61,938 nucleotides of DNA. Origin: Minisyncoccota bacterium. GTDB taxonomy: Bacteria; Patescibacteriota; Minisyncoccia; Phycocordibacterales; UBA6065. Under the pieces are notes generated by a model. It did not search any database, was not told where the DNA came from, and saw nothing but the letters and a program-made list of their open reading frames with translations. The stretch lies in contig DASWWW010000002.1 of assembly GCA_036400935.1 (NCBI GenBank), positions 1 to 61,938 of the forward strand, in the 5' to 3' direction. The position numbers and the translations under genes were made by a program. Positions 58,670-61,938 of the stretch are shown in pieces; within the stretch, counting starts at the first letter, position 1; every line of letters starts with the position of its first letter.

Positions 58670-59431
58670 ATGCAGATAATTATTCCTTTGGCAGGCATCG
58701 GATCGAGATTCTCTATGGCAGGCTACTCTGATCCGAAGCCGCTTATCAAAATTGACGGCAGGCCTCTGATAAGCCATGTCATATCCTTGTTTCCAAAGGA
58801 TTCCGATTTCCTGTTCATCTGCAACGAAAACCATCTCAAGGAGACAAAACTTGGTTCGGTTATTAAGGCGACTGCCGCCAATGCGACCATAATCGGCATT
58901 CCAGAGCACAAGCTCGGCCCGGTTTTTTCGATCATGCAGGCGAAAGAGCATATTAGGGACAATGATTCTGCGATGATATGCTATTGCGATGTGCGTGTTC
59001 ACTGGAATTATTCTGATTTTGCCAAAGAAATGAAGGTTAGCGGTGCGGACGCAGGATTTGTAGCATTCAAAGGCTTTCACCCTGCCCTAGTTCGAAGCGG
59101 CCTCTACGCCACCGCACGGATAGATAGGGACAATCGCCTAATAGAGGTGCGCGAAAAGTTTTCATTTACGGAAAATAAAATGGATTCCTGGACGTCTTCG
59201 GGAATACACTATTTTAAAAGCGGCCTAATAATCAAAAAGTATTTCGGAAGGCTAATTGACCGAAAAATCACTTGCAATAACGAATATTTCGTAAGCTTGG
59301 TTCATAACCTCCTGATCGAGGACGGGTTGGCCAATATTCTTTATCCAGTCGATTTTTTCATATCTTGGGGTAAGCCGGAGGATGTCAGGGAGTACTCGTT
59401 CTGGTCGAGCTATTTTAATCCCCAACCTTAA
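58670..59431 (+). CDS. Sugar-phosphate nucleotidyltransferase-like protein (paralogue 1)
   Basis: MQIIIPLAGIGSRFSMAGYSDPKPLIKIDGRPLI; C-terminal FISWGKPEDVREYSFW. ATG at 58670. Confidence 0.65.
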   Translation: MQIIIPLAGIGSRFSMAGYSDPKPLIKIDGRPLISHVISLFPKDSDFLFICNENHLKETKLGSVIKATAANATIIGIPEHKLGPVFSIMQAKEHIRDNDSAMICYCDVRVHWNYSDFAKEMKVSGADAGFVAFKGFHPALVRSGLYATARIDRDNRLIEVREKFSFTENKMDSWTSSGIHYFKSGLIIKKYFGRLIDRKITCNNEYFVSLVHNLLIEDGLANILYPVDFFISWGKPEDVREYSFWSSYFNPQP

Positions 59432-59436
59432 GCCAT

Positions 59437-60210
59437 ATGAACACAAACATTATGCTTCTTGCCGGTCACGGAAAACGTTTCTCTGACGACGGGTACGCTC
59501 TTCCAAAGCCTCTCATCGATATTGGTGGAGTGCCTATGGCGGTCGCAGCTGCGCGTCGCCTGCCTTCGGCGGATATACTTATATTTGTCGTTTCGCAAGG
59601 TCACGTTGAGAAATATCAGATCGACGTTGTACTCAGATCTTATTTTCCCGAATCAAAGATAGTGATTCAGGCATCTGGCCCTAAGGGACAGGCGTATAGC
59701 CTGCTTGAGGCAGAAAAATTTGTAAACCCGGAATCGATACTGACAGTGGCGAGCTGCGATGCGGGTCCTGAGTACAACGAGGGTCTTTTAAAGGCGATGC
59801 TCGATGACCCAACGACTGATTCCCTGCTCTGGAGCTTCAGTGGACACCCGATGCAGGAAATCCAACCAAACTCGTACAGCTGGATCATTTCAGGCAAAGG
59901 CGATTCCGTCCGGCATGTAAGCTACAAATCGCCCGTATCTACGACGCCCTTTTTCGACAGCGCTGTCGCTGGCTGGTTTAGCTATAGAAATGCAAGGAGC
60001 TGCTTTGAATTGATAAGAGCGGAAATCACCCGAAACCCGGACCGTTCTACGGAATTTTCTCTTGACGAATTGGCGAACACCCAGCTAGACAAAGGCATGA
60101 GTGTCAAAAAATTCGAAGTCCGGGCCTTTATTTCTTGGGGCACTCCTTTGGAGCTCAATGAGTACTTATATTGGAAAAAATATTTCAGTCTTAATAGTGA
60201 GCTTCAATAA
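59437..60210 (+). CDS. Sugar-phosphate nucleotidyltransferase-like protein (paralogue 2)
   Basis: MLLAGHGKRFSDDGYALPKPLIDIGGVPM; C-terminal FISWGTPLELNEYLYW. Confidence 0.65.
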   Translation: MNTNIMLLAGHGKRFSDDGYALPKPLIDIGGVPMAVAAARRLPSADILIFVVSQGHVEKYQIDVVLRSYFPESKIVIQASGPKGQAYSLLEAEKFVNPESILTVASCDAGPEYNEGLLKAMLDDPTTDSLLWSFSGHPMQEIQPNSYSWIISGKGDSVRHVSYKSPVSTTPFFDSAVAGWFSYRNARSCFELIRAEITRNPDRSTEFSLDELANTQLDKGMSVKKFEVRAFISWGTPLELNEYLYWKKYFSLNSELQ

Positions 60211-60222
60211 TTTTTCCAATAA

Positions 60223-60248
60223 AAAGAGCCTCAATTAAGAGGCTCTTT
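60223..60248. terminator. Bidirectional intrinsic terminator between convergent genes
   Basis: aaagagcctc-aattaa-gaggctcttt (10 bp). Confidence 0.7.
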
Positions 60249-60265
60249 GCGTCCCGTCCAATAAC

Positions 60266-61938
60266 CTATAGTGCCGGCTGCTTGATCTGAACGCCCTGCT
60301 CGTCGGCGAGGCAGCGGAACGTCGGAGAGAGCTCGTAAAGCTCCTCGAACGACCCCGCGATCGCTTCGATCTGGGACTCTCCTTCGGCAAGTCCGGCAGC
60401 AGCCCGCAATACGACGAACGTATCGCAGATCTGCCGCACCGTGCTCAGCCGATGGGTGATAATTACCGCGCTGCGGTCACCCGTAAGCGCCGCCGCGAGC
60501 CCTTGCTGGACTTGGCGCTCGGTGCGAGCATCAAGATTCGCAGTGCCCTCGTCGATGACGAGAAGCCAAGGATTCTTGACCACGGCCGCTGCCAGAAGCA
60601 GGCGCTGCGCCTGGCCTCCGGACAGCTTCAGGCCGCGCGTGCCGACGATGGTGTCGAGGCTCTTGAAGTCGGCCTTCATCAGGCGCATGATCTCCATAAG
60701 CTTCTCGTCCGTCATCTTTGCCCGCTCCTCGAGCGTGAGGCCGTAGAGGAGGTTGTCGCGGATAGTTCCGTCAAAGACTTCGCCGGCCTGTGCCGCATAT
60801 CCGACGCTCCTCAGGTATGAGGTTTGTCGGATGCGTCGCGTGTCGACGTCGTCGATGAGGATGGATCCCTGCGCAGGATCGGCAAAGCGCATGAGCAATT
60901 TCATGAGCGTCGTCTTGCCCGCGCCAGATTCGCCTATTACGGCGACCTTCCTGCCCTTTTCGATGACGAGGTCGATGCCGCGAAGGGTCGCTGCCGCCGC
61001 TTGCGGCTCTTGCGTCGACTCTTTCGAAGGCTTGTACGAGTATCCGACATCCCGAAATTCGATTCGGTGAGGAATCGAGCCGTCGATGTCAACTGAATCC
61101 GGCCCGTCTGCGATATCCGGAGGCATATCGAGAGTCGCGAGGACGGGCTTTACCGCCGACACGTACTTGTTGATATGCCGCTCCAGATGGTCGAAGTGCC
61201 ACAGGTTGTCCGCGATCCTGCTTGCCCAGAGGGAAAGCGGGAATAGGAATCCTACGTGGCGGGCTCCGGTCCAGATCTCGTACGACACCCATGCGAGAAC
61301 GCACGAGAAGCCAATGATGTTCACGACGGCTCGGGCGCTGGACTGGCTGATGAACCAGAGCCAGAACGTCCGGTCGCGCTCCATGATCTTCTCCAGGATG
61401 GCATTCATCTCCGTCACTTCCTGATTCTCGTGCCCCGAGGTTTTCACCCGGGTGCAGTGTTCGTGCCGCTCGTCGGCCCTCCGAAACAGCGCCTTGAAGG
61501 CCTTTTCGATCGGATCGCACACTTTCGCGACCCGATAGTTGAGGAAAAGGCTCCAGGAGAAGTAGCAGAGGACGACTCCGACCATGATGAGTCCCGCGAC
61601 CCAGTCGAAGCAGAGCGTGACGATAACCGACAGGATGGTCTGGATGACGATCGAAGTGCCGCCAAACAGGACCATGAATTGCAAGTCGATCATCTTCCAC
61701 TTGCCGCTCGACACGGTCGATGCGGAGAGGGCCTGGCTTTCTTGGGAATGCTGCCCGAGCGACTTCTCGAGAAAGAGATCGCTTATGCGGCTCTGCGCCC
61801 GCACCATGTTCAGGCCGATGCAGTACTCGCGGTGCTTTTCCTGGCGGGATTCGGCAAGCCGAATGGCCAAGGCGAGCGCCGTAGATGCCTCAATCGAGAG
61901 GATAATCATATCCAGATCCCGATTCGAGAGCCCCTTGA
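60266..61938 (-). CDS. ABC exporter, fused permease/ATPase, probably 5'-partial (ORF is open to the window edge)
   Basis: Walker A GESGAGKTT, signature LSGGQAQR, Walker B LLVIDEGTANLD. The reading frame stays open upstream of the listed ATG at 61909 (..KGLSNRDLD-M). Confidence 0.85.
   Translation of the reverse strand, partial: KGLSNRDLDMIILSIEASTALALAIRLAESRQEKHREYCIGLNMVRAQSRISDLFLEKSLGQHSQESQALSASTVSSGKWKMIDLQFMVLFGGTSIVIQTILSVIVTLCFDWVAGLIMVGVVLCYFSWSLFLNYRVAKVCDPIEKAFKALFRRADERHEHCTRVKTSGHENQEVTEMNAILEKIMERDRTFWLWFISQSSARAVVNIIGFSCVLAWVSYEIWTGARHVGFLFPLSLWASRIADNLWHFDHLERHINKYVSAVKPVLATLDMPPDIADGPDSVDIDGSIPHRIEFRDVGYSYKPSKESTQEPQAAAATLRGIDLVIEKGRKVAVIGESGAGKTTLMKLLMRFADPAQGSILIDDVDTRRIRQTSYLRSVGYAAQAGEVFDGTIRDNLLYGLTLEERAKMTDEKLMEIMRLMKADFKSLDTIVGTRGLKLSGGQAQRLLLAAAVVKNPWLLVIDEGTANLDARTERQVQQGLAAALTGDRSAVIITHRLSTVRQICDTFVVLRAAAGLAEGESQIEAIAGSFEELYELSPTFRCLADEQGVQIKQPAL

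Noticed and set aside
1-61938. Diversity-generating retroelement, prophage, integron or defence-island signatures around the giant fibre gene and pilins.
   Set aside because: The window contains no reverse transcriptase, integrase, recombinase, capsid, terminase, restriction or Cas-like gene, and no template/variable repeat pair. The S74 domain alone does not establish a prophage.

Overview
This is a gene-dense 61.9-kb bacterial window with about 60 protein genes. By eye I found no rRNA, tRNA, CRISPR array, transposase or integrase. The first 11 kb is one uninterrupted ORF that runs off the 5' edge (>3,657 aa). It encodes a fibre-like surface protein with several parts: an Asn/Thr/Ser-rich repeat region, about 27 'GNVGIGTTxP..KLxV' modules, two YadA-head-like blocks, an internal peptidase-S74-type auto-cleaving chaperone domain, a coiled coil and a Pro/Thr/Glu tail. 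The rest is mostly housekeeping. It includes gap; a non-oxidative pentose-phosphate set (rpiB, an rpe-like gene, and a split transketolase); recR, dnaB, rplI and rpmA; five aminoacyl-tRNA synthetases (cysS, gltX, aspS, trpS, hisS); a cell-envelope operon (scpB, a D,D-carboxypeptidase, ftsW, murG); scpA; two ABC exporters; an ABC-F ATPase; and a glycan-type cluster at the 3' end (GT4, Nudix, histidine phosphatase, GT2, GDPD-like, two nucleotidyltransferase paralogues). The pentose-phosphate set is interrupted by three tandem type IV pilin-like genes, and the two transketolase halves are separated by a small membrane protein plus a TrmB-like HTH gene. Several features resemble Patescibacteria/CPR-type reduced genomes: the split transketolase, a short archaeal-type AspRS, many pilins, the giant surface protein and many small membrane or secreted proteins. 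That placement is inference only. The best-supported non-coding call is a compact T-box leader upstream of aspS, with an AGGGUGGCACCGCG box, mutually exclusive antiterminator and terminator helices, and a GAC in a 7-nt hairpin loop. Other items worth follow-up are: -10 boxes 6-10 nt from start codons, which suggests leaderless mRNAs; a family of long perfect AT-centred palindromes; and two long intergenic regions between convergent genes that have no convincing ORF and may encode RNAs. All functional calls come from motif recognition by eye; no database search was run.
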